A DNA stretch of 64,000 bases from Thermoplasmatales archaeon (GTDB lineage Archaea > Thermoplasmatota > Thermoplasmata > Thermoplasmatales > GCA-001856825), in NCBI GenBank assembly GCA_038729485.1, contig JAVYRX010000004.1, positions 10,183 to 74,182 on the forward strand, written 5' to 3'. Under the pieces are notes generated by a model, which was not told where the DNA came from, did no database searches, and was given only the letters and a program-made list of their open reading frames with translations. Positions 19,635 to 29,739 of the stretch are shown here, piece after piece (the stretch's first letter is position 1; every line of letters begins with the position of its first letter). A program made the translations under genes and the position numbers.

Positions 19635-19904
19635 TCAAAATATTTTCATCGATTCGTACACCCTATGCGATGTCGGTGGATTTACATCCGACAAAAGTTT
19701 CTCCATGGCTGCTTTGCTAGGGGCTTCCCAGTTGCAAACTGCCCTATTTTGCTCGGGAATTGCGTTCACAGATTTCAAAGAAAATCCTTGGGGCAGCTTA
19801 GAGTTCCTAGCCATGTCAACTATCCCACCAACCACTTTTAGGACGGCTTCTCCGTCCTGAGGTTTCCAAGTGTGTTCAACTATTAAGTTTGTCATTTTTA
19901 CCAA
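19635..19904 (-). CDS. Small hypothetical protein (possibly DUF4242-like)
   Basis: 89-aa ORF. RAVCNWEAPSKAAMEKLLSDV resembles the C.YeAPs.eai core of DUF4242 proteins. The evidence is weak. Confidence 0.4.
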   Translation of the reverse strand: MVKMTNLIVEHTWKPQDGEAVLKVVGGIVDMARNSKLPQGFSLKSVNAIPEQNRAVCNWEAPSKAAMEKLLSDVNPPTSHRVYESMKIF

Positions 19905-19957
19905 GTCAGTATACAGTAATGTGAGAAATATATTGTACCGGTCATGATTGGTACCCT

Positions 19958-20668
19958 ATGGAAAGAATAGAATTCATTTCAAAAAACGACATGCCATTTT
20001 GTTCCCTGTCGAAAGAGTTTCCCGAAATCAAATTTTTCAGGTGGTGCAATTCGGCCGTTGACTATCTTGAATTCTATGGGAATATGGACGACATACAGGA
20101 CCTAGAAAAGGCACTGCCTACTGTTGCAAGATCCATAGGTAGCAAGGTCGTTTACAGGTCAGTATACGGGGGATCCTTGACAGTCATGTTCTCTTGCAGG
20201 TGCACTTTGGAAAACTCAACCATCAGCATGGCTGAAGAATCTGGATGTATTTGGGAGGCACCTCTAGTATACATTGAAGGAATGGAGCACATAAACGTAC
20301 TATCCATCGGAAATTCCTATTCAGAAAAATTGTTTTCAATGCTCGAGAGCATCGGTGAAGTCAAAATCGCTAAGAAAACAGTTGTCACGTCAGGCAATTT
20401 CCGCGATTCGTTCTTCATAAGGCTCTCAGATTTATTCGGGAAGATGACAGAATCTCAGATAAGGTCACTTCAGTTGGCGATTAGAGCCGGCTATTTTTCA
20501 ATACCCAGAAGGGAAGATTTAGACGGCATCTCGAAGACACTTGGAATTTCAAAATCAACAGCGGAAGAACACTTGAATAGGGCAAGGAACAAGCTTATGT
20601 CTTCGATTGAGCCATACCTCGACCTATACATCTCCACTATCGGAAATGCCAGGGAAGGCGAAATCTGA
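19958..20668 (+). CDS. HTH_10 (bacterio-opsin activator-type) DNA-binding protein
   Basis: The C-terminal LTESQIRSLQLAIRAGYFSIPRREDLDGISKTLGISKSTAEEHLNRARNKLM is a typical Bat-type HTH_10 domain. Confidence 0.65.
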   Translation: MERIEFISKNDMPFCSLSKEFPEIKFFRWCNSAVDYLEFYGNMDDIQDLEKALPTVARSIGSKVVYRSVYGGSLTVMFSCRCTLENSTISMAEESGCIWEAPLVYIEGMEHINVLSIGNSYSEKLFSMLESIGEVKIAKKTVVTSGNFRDSFFIRLSDLFGKMTESQIRSLQLAIRAGYFSIPRREDLDGISKTLGISKSTAEEHLNRARNKLMSSIEPYLDLYISTIGNAREGEI

Positions 20669-20681
20669 CTATCTAGGGAAA

Positions 20682-22139
20682 TTAGAATGACCTGTTGGTA
20701 TAATTTGGAGGTTCTGACATAAGGATAACATTGTGTGGATGACTTTCTACTATTCCAGCCTGCGTCAGCACAATGAATTTGGTGTTTTTGCGGAGTTCCT
20801 CTATGCTGGGGGAGCCCGTATAGCCCATGCCGGACTTCAGTCCTCCGATAATCTGGAACATGGTGTCCGCCACCTTTCCCTTATATGGGACGGCGCCCTC
20901 AACTCCTTCGGGGACAAATTTGTTTGCCCCAATCTTCCCGTATCTATCATTTTCGCTGCTTGTAATCGCTCCTAAAGAGCCCATGCCCCTGTACGTCTTG
21001 TACCTTCTCCCGGAGATATTTATTTCCGTTCCTGGAGCTTCGTCGGTTCCAGCCAAAAGAGAACCAAGCATTACCGTGCTGGCTCCCGCCGCTAGCGCCT
21101 TCACGACGTCTCCGGAATATCTAATGCCTCCATCAGCTATTACAGGTATTCCGTGGGCTTCAGCAACTTCAGCCGTTTCCGTGATAGCTGTTAGCTGAGG
21201 CACCCCGATTCCAGCTACTATGCGAGTAGTACATATAGAACCTGGCCCTATCCCAGTTCTGAGCCCATCAACCTCGGCCGCAATTAAATCCTCCGCTGCC
21301 TTTGCTGTTGCAATGTTTCCTGCAATCAATTCAATGTCTATCTCTTTCCTCATCCGCCGTACAGAATCTATGAGGTTCAAGTTGTGACCGTGGGCGCTAT
21401 CAACCACAATGACATCAGCCCCGGCCTTCTCCAGCATCTTAGCTCTTTCAATGTCAAATGGCCCAACCGCAGCCCCGACCAAAAGCTTGCCCTCCTCGTC
21501 CCTTGCCGCTTCTGGATACATTTCCCTTTTCATTATGTCCTTTGCAGTTATGAGGCCAACAAGATTTCCACTATCATCAACCAATGGCAGTTTTTCTATT
21601 TTCTTCTCTCTCATTATGGAGAGCGCCTCTTCCATCGTTATCACGTCCCTTCCTGTGATTACTTTTTTAGTCATTACGTCGCCAACTTTGTTACCAGATC
21701 CCTTGAGGAATCTCACGTCCCTGTTTGTGAGAATGCCTTTTAAAACCTTATTCTCAACTACTGGAAGCCCCGCTATATGCTTTTCAGTCATCAGCTTCAT
21801 TGCCTCTTCGATCGTCGTACTTGGTGAAACGGTATACAGCTCCCTGATTATCAAGGCCTCCTCTCTCTTTACCCTCTTTATCATTTCCACTTGAGCTTCC
21901 CTTTTGTTGTTTCTATGAATTATCCCAATGCCGCCGAGTCTTGCCATAGCGATGGCCATTTCTGTCTCTGTAACGGTATCCATAGGTGATGAAACCACCG
22001 GTATGTTCAACTTTATGCGTCGAGAAAGGAAAGATTCAACATTCACCTGACTGGGTTCAACCCTACTTGGCCCTGGGAGGACGAGTACATCATCATAGGT
22101 GTAGCCAATTTTTGCCTCTTCAAGTTTCGATACAAACAT
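20682..22139 (-). CDS. guaB: IMP dehydrogenase with CBS pair
   Basis: [11 protein letters not shown] catalytic Cys loop, [14 protein letters not shown] and two CBS modules in the N-terminal third. 485 aa. Confidence 0.95.
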   Translation of the reverse strand: MFVSKLEEAKIGYTYDDVLVLPGPSRVEPSQVNVESFLSRRIKLNIPVVSSPMDTVTETEMAIAMARLGGIGIIHRNNKREAQVEMIKRVKREEALIIRELYTVSPSTTIEEAMKLMTEKHIAGLPVVENKVLKGILTNRDVRFLKGSGNKVGDVMTKKVITGRDVITMEEALSIMREKKIEKLPLVDDSGNLVGLITAKDIMKREMYPEAARDEEGKLLVGAAVGPFDIERAKMLEKAGADVIVVDSAHGHNLNLIDSVRRMRKEIDIELIAGNIATAKAAEDLIAAEVDGLRTGIGPGSICTTRIVAGIGVPQLTAITETAEVAEAHGIPVIADGGIRYSGDVVKALAAGASTVMLGSLLAGTDEAPGTEINISGRRYKTYRGMGSLGAITSSENDRYGKIGANKFVPEGVEGAVPYKGKVADTMFQIIGGLKSGMGYTGSPSIEELRKNTKFIVLTQAGIVESHPHNVILMSEPPNYTNRSF

Positions 22140-22242
22140 AGAAAGGTAATATAAATCCTAATAAAATGTTATGTGCTCCTAGAAATAAAGCGCTTAGGAT
22201 AATAAGCCTATAAACTTTTTTATATCTTGATGAAATAAGCGT

Positions 22243-22330
22243 TTACAGGGGAGCTCGCGAAGGCGGGCTGAGAGGATCGAAAGGATCGACCCTTCTAACC
22301 TGATCCAGATAATACTGGCGGAGGGAGAAG
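22243..22330 (+). promoter_or_regulatory. TPP (THI-box) riboswitch
   Basis: ACAGGGGAGCUCGCGAAGGCGGGCUGAGAGGAUCGAAAGGAUCGACCCUUCUAACCUGAUCCAGAUAAUACUGGCGGAGGGAGAAG carries the conserved GGGG(A/U)GC, CUGAGA, ACCC and AACCUGAUC(C/U)(A/G)GAUAAU(A/G)C(U/C)(G/A)GCG.AGGGA blocks. The GGAGG Shine-Dalgarno sequence and the ATG at 22331 sit in or just after the 3' arm. Confidence 0.85.
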
Positions 22331-23425
22331 ATGAGTGAAAGTTTAGTAAAGAAAAAATTGGACTACAGAGTTTTGATTGTAGTAGGAATAGTGATCGTAG
22401 CAGGGGTTCTCGTCTACATGGAATATCCGGAGATTGTAAGTCAATATACTCCGACAATAACGATACTCACGTACCCTTCATTCTTTCAGTCTGGTGAGAA
22501 CCCTAATGCAACTCTCAAGTATATAGTAGGAAACTTCGAAAAATGGTATGACGTAAATGTGAGGATTGTTACCTCATCTGGTGACTTGTATCAGCAGGTA
22601 TTAGAGAATCACGGCAAAGGCTACGACATCGTGATCGGCCTAAACAACATAGATTCATACCTAGCAGCCAACAGTGGATTGTTCTACAAATTCAGCGTGA
22701 GTAATGAGTCCTACTTAAATAGAACGATATTCACTTTCATTCAGGGGAACGGCTTTGTCATACCGTATGAATATTCTGCACTTACTACGGACTATAATTT
22801 CTCAGGTCCAATTCCAGTGAGCATCATAAATAATTTGACTTATCAAGATCTCTACAATGCTACGATTGCGAAACAATACATAGTGGAGAATCCGATAAGC
22901 ATCAATGGGCAGGATTTTCTCCTCGGGCAGATAGCGTTCTATCAGAACATACTGGGGCAAAATTGGACAACATTCTGGAACAATTCCCCTGCCATTACGA
23001 TAACAAAAGATTGGGATTCTGGATTCAGTCAATTCGAAGAAGGTAGCGCACAGATGTTCTTCTCTTATCAGACAGATCCATCTTACAATCAATATTTCAA
23101 TTACTCAAGAATTGGCACAACTCCATTCCATTACCAGGGCAAGGATTATGCCTGGATCCAGGTATTAAGCCTAGGCATTCTAAACTCTTCTAAATATAAG
23201 AGTCTGGACATGAAATTCGTTGATTGGTTCCTAGGGAGCCAGGTACAGTCATTGATTCCACTCAATGAATGGATGTATCCTGCGAACGTGGAGGCAGTGA
23301 TACCTTCAGTTTATTCGGTGAATCCCCCAATATCTGAAATCATTCCGTTAAATTCATATTTGAACATAAGCCAGGCAGCTAAGAACTTGCCCAACTGGAT
23401 TCTGGAATGGAATAGAATTGAATAG
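22331..23425 (+). CDS. ABC transporter substrate-binding protein, thiamine/iron (TbpA/FbpA)-like, membrane anchored
   Basis: N-terminal anchor LDYRVLIVVGIVIVAGVLVY. It sits directly behind a TPP riboswitch and ahead of a double-domain permease and an ATPase, which is a ThiBPQ-like layout. Confidence 0.7.
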   Translation: MSESLVKKKLDYRVLIVVGIVIVAGVLVYMEYPEIVSQYTPTITILTYPSFFQSGENPNATLKYIVGNFEKWYDVNVRIVTSSGDLYQQVLENHGKGYDIVIGLNNIDSYLAANSGLFYKFSVSNESYLNRTIFTFIQGNGFVIPYEYSALTTDYNFSGPIPVSIINNLTYQDLYNATIAKQYIVENPISINGQDFLLGQIAFYQNILGQNWTTFWNNSPAITITKDWDSGFSQFEEGSAQMFFSYQTDPSYNQYFNYSRIGTTPFHYQGKDYAWIQVLSLGILNSSKYKSLDMKFVDWFLGSQVQSLIPLNEWMYPANVEAVIPSVYSVNPPISEIIPLNSYLNISQAAKNLPNWILEWNRIE

Positions 23426-24920
23426 AAATGCCATCTTTCCCATTGTTACATTTGTCTCCTATTCCCTTCTTGTATTAGTAATACCTCTATCCTTCCTGGT
23501 AAATTCCGCACTGCATGTGTCAATTTCCCAACTGCTGCTTTCTGCATTGGCTGATGCTACCAAGCAGTCATTCCTTCAGGCAACTGTCTCTACCCTCATA
23601 GCGCTGGCATTCGGGATACCCGTTGGTATGCTTTTGACAGTCTACAACGGCAGGGGAAAAAGAGTGATAGTTTCACTCCTTCTCGTTACCTACGTTATGC
23701 CGGGGATTGTGATGGCGCTTGGCATCATATCACTCTTTGGCTACTCCTCGAGGTTTTGGGAAATCATATACGGGAATGTTGCCTACAATTCTCCATTAAT
23801 TGCCGTACTTTCATATTCCACGGGAAGCGTGACGAACATACAGGAGGTTTATTCTGCCCAGGTTCTGGGTGCTTCCGATAAGGAAATTTTCAGGAGATTT
23901 TATCTGAGAAATCTTTCTAGAGGCGGTCTGCTTGGAGCTATAATGACGTTCATCCTTAGCTTTGAGGGTTTTAGCCTCCCGTTGATAGTAGGGGGTCCGA
24001 AATACACAACGATTGAAGTCCTGATATACGAGTTCAAAAGTATCTTTCCATCATTTGTGTCTTCCCCATTCTCAAATGCGTCATTTGCAGGTCTTGTCCA
24101 GATTTTAATTCTCTTGATACCGTTATATCTTTATGTGATTGTCAGAACGGAGACGTTGCGTGGTTCCTCCAGTCTGCAGAATCCGTTCTTGAGATACAAA
24201 TTAATTTCTCTCCTTTTACTGATAGTTTACATTTTTTTCATCTATGGCCCACTTTTCTCTATGTTTCTGAAATATCCCCCGTGGGATATAAATTTTTCAC
24301 AGATAGCCACGAGGCTGCAGGTGCCAATTTACAGCCTAATTTCAAATACGTTACTCTTTTCATTTGCGAGCACCTTCATCTCCTTTATCGTGTCAACATT
24401 TCTGGTGATATATGGGTATGGTAGATTGGCTAATCTATTTCTGCTACTTCCTTTGATATTTTCCCCCGTTACACTTGCTCTCTCCTTCTTCCTTTTTTAT
24501 GGTTCCTATTTTCCGACCAGCATCCTGGTAATAGGAATTTTTGCTGTATCTGTGATACCAATAACTTTTAGAATGCTTGGGCAGTCCATTGCCACCATAC
24601 CTGCATCAGAGCGCTCTTCTTCGATGGTACTTGGAGATGGTCCTATCTCCTCCTTTTTCAGGGTTCAGCTGCCGAGGATTAAGGTCGAGGTGTCCACAAT
24701 ACTTTCAATCGCATTCATAACAGTGATGGGTCAATTTGCGTCAATAGCTACTGTTTATACCCCTTCAACAGAGACCCTCACCATAGGAATTTACAATTTG
24801 CTCGCATTAAGGGATCTAACAGGGACGTATGGATTGACAGAGATTTTTCTGATTGTAATATTTATTTCCTCATACGTAATAAACGCATTCGGGCGGAGTG
24901 GTATTGGTGGAAAGGCTTAG
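23418..24920 (+). CDS. ABC transporter permease, duplicated (about 12-TM) ThiP/FbpB-like
   Basis: 500 aa, highly hydrophobic, made of two tandem permease halves. It overlaps the binding-protein stop by 8 nt (TTG start). Confidence 0.8.
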   Translation: MNRNAIFPIVTFVSYSLLVLVIPLSFLVNSALHVSISQLLLSALADATKQSFLQATVSTLIALAFGIPVGMLLTVYNGRGKRVIVSLLLVTYVMPGIVMALGIISLFGYSSRFWEIIYGNVAYNSPLIAVLSYSTGSVTNIQEVYSAQVLGASDKEIFRRFYLRNLSRGGLLGAIMTFILSFEGFSLPLIVGGPKYTTIEVLIYEFKSIFPSFVSSPFSNASFAGLVQILILLIPLYLYVIVRTETLRGSSSLQNPFLRYKLISLLLLIVYIFFIYGPLFSMFLKYPPWDINFSQIATRLQVPIYSLISNTLLFSFASTFISFIVSTFLVIYGYGRLANLFLLLPLIFSPVTLALSFFLFYGSYFPTSILVIGIFAVSVIPITFRMLGQSIATIPASERSSSMVLGDGPISSFFRVQLPRIKVEVSTILSIAFITVMGQFASIATVYTPSTETLTIGIYNLLALRDLTGTYGLTEIFLIVIFISSYVINAFGRSGIGGKA

Positions 24921-25830
24921 ACTAGAACACGTTTCCAAGAAAATAGATGAGATCCAGGTATTGAAAAACATATCCTTCTCCATTGACGAGGGGCAGATAA
25001 AAGTTATTTTGGGGGCCTCTGGAAGTGGAAAAACAACGATACTCAACATAATTTCCGGCATTCTAAGGCCTGATTCGGGGAAGGTTTTCAAGGACGGAAT
25101 TGACATTACGGGTTTGGATATAAACAAAAGGAGGATTGGCTTTGTATTTCAGGATCTTGGCCTTTTCTATTCAATGACTGCAGCGGAAAATATAGCTTAC
25201 GGACTCAGGATTAAGAATACAGACTATCATGAGATCAACAGGAGAGTTAAGGAGATAGCAGATATATTTTCGATACGCGAGCAGCTTGAAAGGTATCCCT
25301 CACAGCTTAGCGGAGGAGAGAAGCAACGTGTGGCATTGGCCAGGACGCTCATAACAGAACCAGATCTTCTACTCATGGACGAGCCTCTCTCTTCGCTTGA
25401 CTCATTTCACAGAAATGACATACGCTGGTACATTAAGGATATACCTTCAAGATTCAATGTTTCCATCATATACGTAACTCATGACATTGCAGACGCAGAG
25501 ATCCTTGCGGATTCAATAGCGATTCTCCATGAGGGTTCCATAATAGAGGACGGGAACAAATACGAAGTTCTCAACCGTCCAATGAACATAGAGGCGGCAA
25601 GAATACTAGGATATAACATATTTGAGAAGGAGGGTGTTCTTCACGCAATCCATCCGACTAAGGTTACCATCGGAGGTCCCATTAAATTCAAGATTTTGCA
25701 CGAAGAAAAGGGAATCTCGAATAACTATCTCCTAGATACGATCTCAGGAAGGATTTTTCTTATTACAAGCAGGATTCTTAAGGGAGACGAGGGGCTATCA
25801 TTTGACGGTTCTATGCAACTGAGGGATTGA
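24898..25830 (+). CDS. ABC transporter ATP-binding protein
   Basis: Walker A GASGSGKTT, signature LSGGEKQRVALAR, Walker B LLLMDEPLS and H-loop VTHD. It overlaps the permease 3' end (GTG start). Confidence 0.9.
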   Translation: MVLVERLRLEHVSKKIDEIQVLKNISFSIDEGQIKVILGASGSGKTTILNIISGILRPDSGKVFKDGIDITGLDINKRRIGFVFQDLGLFYSMTAAENIAYGLRIKNTDYHEINRRVKEIADIFSIREQLERYPSQLSGGEKQRVALARTLITEPDLLLMDEPLSSLDSFHRNDIRWYIKDIPSRFNVSIIYVTHDIADAEILADSIAILHEGSIIEDGNKYEVLNRPMNIEAARILGYNIFEKEGVLHAIHPTKVTIGGPIKFKILHEEKGISNNYLLDTISGRIFLITSRILKGDEGLSFDGSMQLRD

Positions 25831-25831
25831 C

Positions 25832-26470
25832 GTGAATGAAGGTAATGTCAGGCAAGCGGTGTGCGGCTGCGACGAGGCAGGAAGGGGACCGGTGATCGGA
25901 CCTATGGTCATAGCAATCGTGTGCGGGGATGAAGCTGTATTAAGGAACTTAGGTGTAAGGGATTCAAAAAAACTCTCAGAAAGCAGAAGAGAATTCCTAT
26001 ATGACAAGATTCTAAATGTTTCGCAATGGGTTGACTATAGGATAGTAACCGAGGAGGAGATAGACAGGGCAGTTTCAAATAATGGGCTGAATATTCTGGA
26101 GGCAAATATCATATCGAAGATGATAAAGCCTGGAACTGTGTGCCTGGTTGACTGCCCAGACGTCAACGAAGGAAGATTTACAGAATTATTGGTAAGATTA
26201 AGCGGAAACGTTCACGTTAGGGCCGAACACAAGGCGGACGAGAAATATCCTGCTGTATCTGCCGCATCCATTATAGCAAAGGTAGTCCGGGAACGTAAAA
26301 TTTCTGAAATAAAGAATGATTTGGGGGACTTCGGTTCAGGCTATCCTTCAGATAGGAGAACTATAGAATTCATAAAAAATTATTATGCTGAACATAGATC
26401 CCTCCCTCCCCACGTTAGAAAGTCTTGGAAGACCATTAACTTGGTAAAGCCCACTCTAGATTCATATTGA
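25832..26470 (+). CDS. rnhB: Ribonuclease HII
   Basis: GCDEAGRGPVIGPMV (catalytic DE), ADEKYPAVSAASIIAKV and GSGYPSD. 212 aa. Confidence 0.9.
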   Translation: MNEGNVRQAVCGCDEAGRGPVIGPMVIAIVCGDEAVLRNLGVRDSKKLSESRREFLYDKILNVSQWVDYRIVTEEEIDRAVSNNGLNILEANIISKMIKPGTVCLVDCPDVNEGRFTELLVRLSGNVHVRAEHKADEKYPAVSAASIIAKVVRERKISEIKNDLGDFGSGYPSDRRTIEFIKNYYAEHRSLPPHVRKSWKTINLVKPTLDSY

Positions 26471-29400
26471 AATTATTTATCCTATCATCACATAATAAGG
26501 AAGTGGGCAGGAACCTGGATCTCTATTTTCAACTTCTCAAAGAAAATGTGGACAAGGAATATGGTATAGCAACAGAGGCGAGGAAGCTTGGGAAGGACAG
26601 TCAGATGACGGTTGAAGTACCACAGGCGGAGGACCTGGCAGGAAGGGTGCAGGCACTAACTGGAATTGAATGCACTGAAATCATCAGGGAGCTGTCAGCG
26701 CGTTATGACAGGGAAAGAGTTGCCATAGAAGCTGCCTTGTCCGTATCCCAGAGGGTCGAAGGTCCAGATGACGTGAAAATAGAAAAGGGGATCAGGGTCG
26801 CGCTTGCAATTTTGACGGAAGGCATACTCGTTGCCCCTCTGGAAGGTATAACTGAAGTAAAGGTAAAAAAAAGGGATGGGGATTCGTATCTTTCGATCTA
26901 TTATTCGGGCCCTATAAGAAGTGCTGGCGGGACAGCACAAGCCCTTAGCGTATTCATCGGAGACCTCCTTAGGAGGAAGTTTGGAATAGGAAAATACATT
27001 GCTACACAGGACGAGATAGAAAGGTATAAGGAGGAGATACCTCTCTACGCCAGGGTCCAGCACCTACAATACGTTCCAAACTCAGACGAAATCCATAATG
27101 CCGTCGTTGGTTCACCAGTCTGTATAACAGGAGAAGGAACGGAAGAGGCAGAAGTTGCAGGACACAGGGATCTACCAGACATAGAAACAAACAGACTGAG
27201 GGGCGGCATGGCGCTCGTCATTGCCGAAGGTCTAATCCTCAAGGCTTCCAAGCTTAAGAAATATGTAAGCACATTCGGTCTAGAAGGATGGTCTTTCACA
27301 AGTGAAAAGAAGGAGGAAAAGGACATCGGCCCAAATTACAACTATCTTAAGGAGATGGTTGCAGGAAGGCCTGCCTTGGCTTATCCATCAACGAAAGGGG
27401 GGTTCAGGCTCAGGTATGGCAGATCTCGCAACACGGGTCTTGCCGCCGTTGCGATAAACCCCGTGACTATGAAAGTGCTAGATGACTTCATTGCGGTAGG
27501 CACGCAAATAAAGATGGAACGGCCCGGAAAGGCAGGGGCAGTTGTTGCCAATGATAGCATCGATGGCCCGACCGTCCTGCTGAAGGACGGTTCCTTGGTC
27601 TATTTATCTGACATTGATTTGTATGAAAAAAACAAGACAAGCATAGACGGGATTGTCGACCTTGGAGAAATAATGATCTCCTTCGGCGAGTTCATAGAAA
27701 ACAATAAAGTAGTTTTCCCAGGGGCATTCACAGTACCTTGGTGGGAGCAGATATGTTCAAAAAAATTGGGATTTGTACCGAGGGTAGAAAATGGGAAGGA
27801 AGCGGTAGCTGTTTCCCTTAAGTATTCGATTCCGCTGCATCCTAGATGGACCTTCCTCTGGCACGATGTTTCCGTAGAAGAGATTGAAAGGTTTTCCAAC
27901 GAGGTGTCGAGGCACGGAAGGATAGGTGATGAAGGAATGGTTCTGCCAAATGACCCCTTCATCAGGGATTTCCTGACAAAACTGCTGTGCGAATTTAAGG
28001 TATCCGGCGATGTGATAATATCTGATTATATGGGCCTTATTTATCCCCTTGGAATAGAGGCCGAAGATGGTCGTCTAAGAAGAAAAAGAAAATTTGATGG
28101 GTCAAACTCAATAGAGGCTGTTTCAAGGCAGGCCGGGTTTCCAATTTATCCTAGGGGCCCGTCCCGAATCGGGGCCAGGATGGGAAGGCCTGAAAAGGCA
28201 GAGGAAAGGGTAATGTCACCCCCTGTTCATGCGCTTTTCCCAATAGGCAACGTCCAGAAGAACAGGAGAGACCTGAAACGATACGACGAACTTACTGGAT
28301 CTGAAATGCAGGTTAGAACGTGCCCTGAATGCGGAGGCATCACGTACCTCAACGTATGCGAAAGGTGCAACTTACACACATCGCCCACTGGAAAGATCAT
28401 GAAATTTGAGGTAAACATAAGCGAGATTTTAGAAGAGAAGTCAAGAAGCATGAACGTGACACTAGGCGGCAAGGTTAACGGAGTCAGGGGATTAATATCT
28501 GGAAACAAGGTTCCGGAGCCCCTTGAAAAAGGCATACTTCGTTCTCTTCACGAAGTGTATCCCTTCAAGGACGGAACTTGCAGGTTCGACATGTCTGATC
28601 TTCCGCTAACACATTTCAAGCCGGGGGAAATCTCGATCACTGCTGATATAGCAAGAAAACTGGGATATGAAACTGATTACCTTGGGAACGAGCTCAGAGA
28701 AGATTCGCAGATAGTAGAAATGTTTCCCCAGGATCTTGTGCTGAGCGCCAAAGCTGGCGATTATCTACTGAGAGTTTCCAAATTTATAGACGACCTCCTC
28801 GTCAAATTCTACCATCTTCCTCCATACTACGGTGCATTATCACGGCAGGATCTGGTAGGCAGACTTGTGATCGGCCTTGCACCCCACACTTCCGGTGGGG
28901 TGCTCGGTAGGATAATAGGCTATTCGCAGGCCGATGTATGTTATGCGCATCCGTTCTATCACGCAGCCAAGAGGCGGAACTGCGACGGTGATGAAGACTC
29001 TGTAATGCTTCTCCTTGATGGACTTCTGAACTTTTCAAGGGATTTCCTTCCAAGCTCCAGGGGGAGTCTTATGGACGCCCCCCTTGTTCTATCGTTGAAA
29101 ATTAACCCCAACGAGATAGACAAAGAAGCTCTCAATCTAGACGTCACAGGCGCGTACGTGCCTGAGCTGCTAGAGATGACATGGAAGTTCCCCAACCCGC
29201 AAGATATAGCTAAATACGTTTTAACTGCTGGCTCTAAGGTAAAGAATGGAGAAATCTTTCCCGAATGTAAATTTTCTGACGACACCTCCTCTATAGACCT
29301 TGGTACTCTCAGATCGAGCTACAAAAGCATAGAGAGCATGGAGATGAAGCTTGTAAGGCAGCTTGAGCTCGCGAAGAGGCTATCCGCTGTGAATGCCTCA

Positions 29401-29739
29401 GACATGGCAGAAAGGATACTGAAATATCATTTTATACCAGACATAATGGGCAACCTAAATAAATTCGGCTCCCAAACATTCAGATGCACGTCCTGTAACC
29501 GCATCTACAGGCGCCCCCCCATAAACGGAAGGTGCAGAAAGTGCAATACGCCGCTCATTGGCACCGTTCACAAAGGTAACATTACCAAATATCTTGAAAA
29601 AAGCTACAGTATAACAAATGAATTCCAGGTGAGTAATTATGTTCGTCAGAGGATAAAGATAATGAGGGAATCCGTTAACTCAATTTTCAACGCAAAAACT
29701 TCTAATTTTAAGACACTGGAGGATTATGACAATTCCTAG
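26467..29739 (+). CDS. polC: DNA polymerase II (PolD) large subunit DP2
   Basis: 1090 aa. Typical DP2 blocks are YSGPIRSAGGTAQA, GGFRLRYGRSRNTGLA, GRPEKA, Zn clusters CPECGG...CERC and CTSCN...CRKC, and HPFYHAAKRRNCDGDEDS (catalytic double-psi barrel region). No intein. It overlaps the rnhB stop by 4 nt. Confidence 0.95.
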   Translation: MKLFILSSHNKEVGRNLDLYFQLLKENVDKEYGIATEARKLGKDSQMTVEVPQAEDLAGRVQALTGIECTEIIRELSARYDRERVAIEAALSVSQRVEGPDDVKIEKGIRVALAILTEGILVAPLEGITEVKVKKRDGDSYLSIYYSGPIRSAGGTAQALSVFIGDLLRRKFGIGKYIATQDEIERYKEEIPLYARVQHLQYVPNSDEIHNAVVGSPVCITGEGTEEAEVAGHRDLPDIETNRLRGGMALVIAEGLILKASKLKKYVSTFGLEGWSFTSEKKEEKDIGPNYNYLKEMVAGRPALAYPSTKGGFRLRYGRSRNTGLAAVAINPVTMKVLDDFIAVGTQIKMERPGKAGAVVANDSIDGPTVLLKDGSLVYLSDIDLYEKNKTSIDGIVDLGEIMISFGEFIENNKVVFPGAFTVPWWEQICSKKLGFVPRVENGKEAVAVSLKYSIPLHPRWTFLWHDVSVEEIERFSNEVSRHGRIGDEGMVLPNDPFIRDFLTKLLCEFKVSGDVIISDYMGLIYPLGIEAEDGRLRRKRKFDGSNSIEAVSRQAGFPIYPRGPSRIGARMGRPEKAEERVMSPPVHALFPIGNVQKNRRDLKRYDELTGSEMQVRTCPECGGITYLNVCERCNLHTSPTGKIMKFEVNISEILEEKSRSMNVTLGGKVNGVRGLISGNKVPEPLEKGILRSLHEVYPFKDGTCRFDMSDLPLTHFKPGEISITADIARKLGYETDYLGNELREDSQIVEMFPQDLVLSAKAGDYLLRVSKFIDDLLVKFYHLPPYYGALSRQDLVGRLVIGLAPHTSGGVLGRIIGYSQADVCYAHPFYHAAKRRNCDGDEDSVMLLLDGLLNFSRDFLPSSRGSLMDAPLVLSLKINPNEIDKEALNLDVTGAYVPELLEMTWKFPNPQDIAKYVLTAGSKVKNGEIFPECKFSDDTSSIDLGTLRSSYKSIESMEMKLVRQLELAKRLSAVNASDMAERILKYHFIPDIMGNLNKFGSQTFRCTSCNRIYRRPPINGRCRKCNTPLIGTVHKGNITKYLEKSYSITNEFQVSNYVRQRIKIMRESVNSIFNAKTSNFKTLEDYDNS

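Noticed and set aside
22194-22457. 87-aa minus-strand ORF upstream of the ABC transporter
   Set aside because: It lies antisense across the TPP riboswitch and the 5' end of the binding-protein gene. Its composition is Leu/Ser-rich and uncoding-like, and the RNA element explains the region.
28381-28394. Partial ORB-like strings: CCACTGGAA in polC, CTCCACTGGAA at about 36733 in an MFS gene, and TCCAGTGGA at about 59813 in the aldo/keto reductase gene
   Set aside because: These are only 9-11 of 12 matches. They lie inside coding regions, lack a G-string and are far from orc1/cdc6, so they are consistent with chance.
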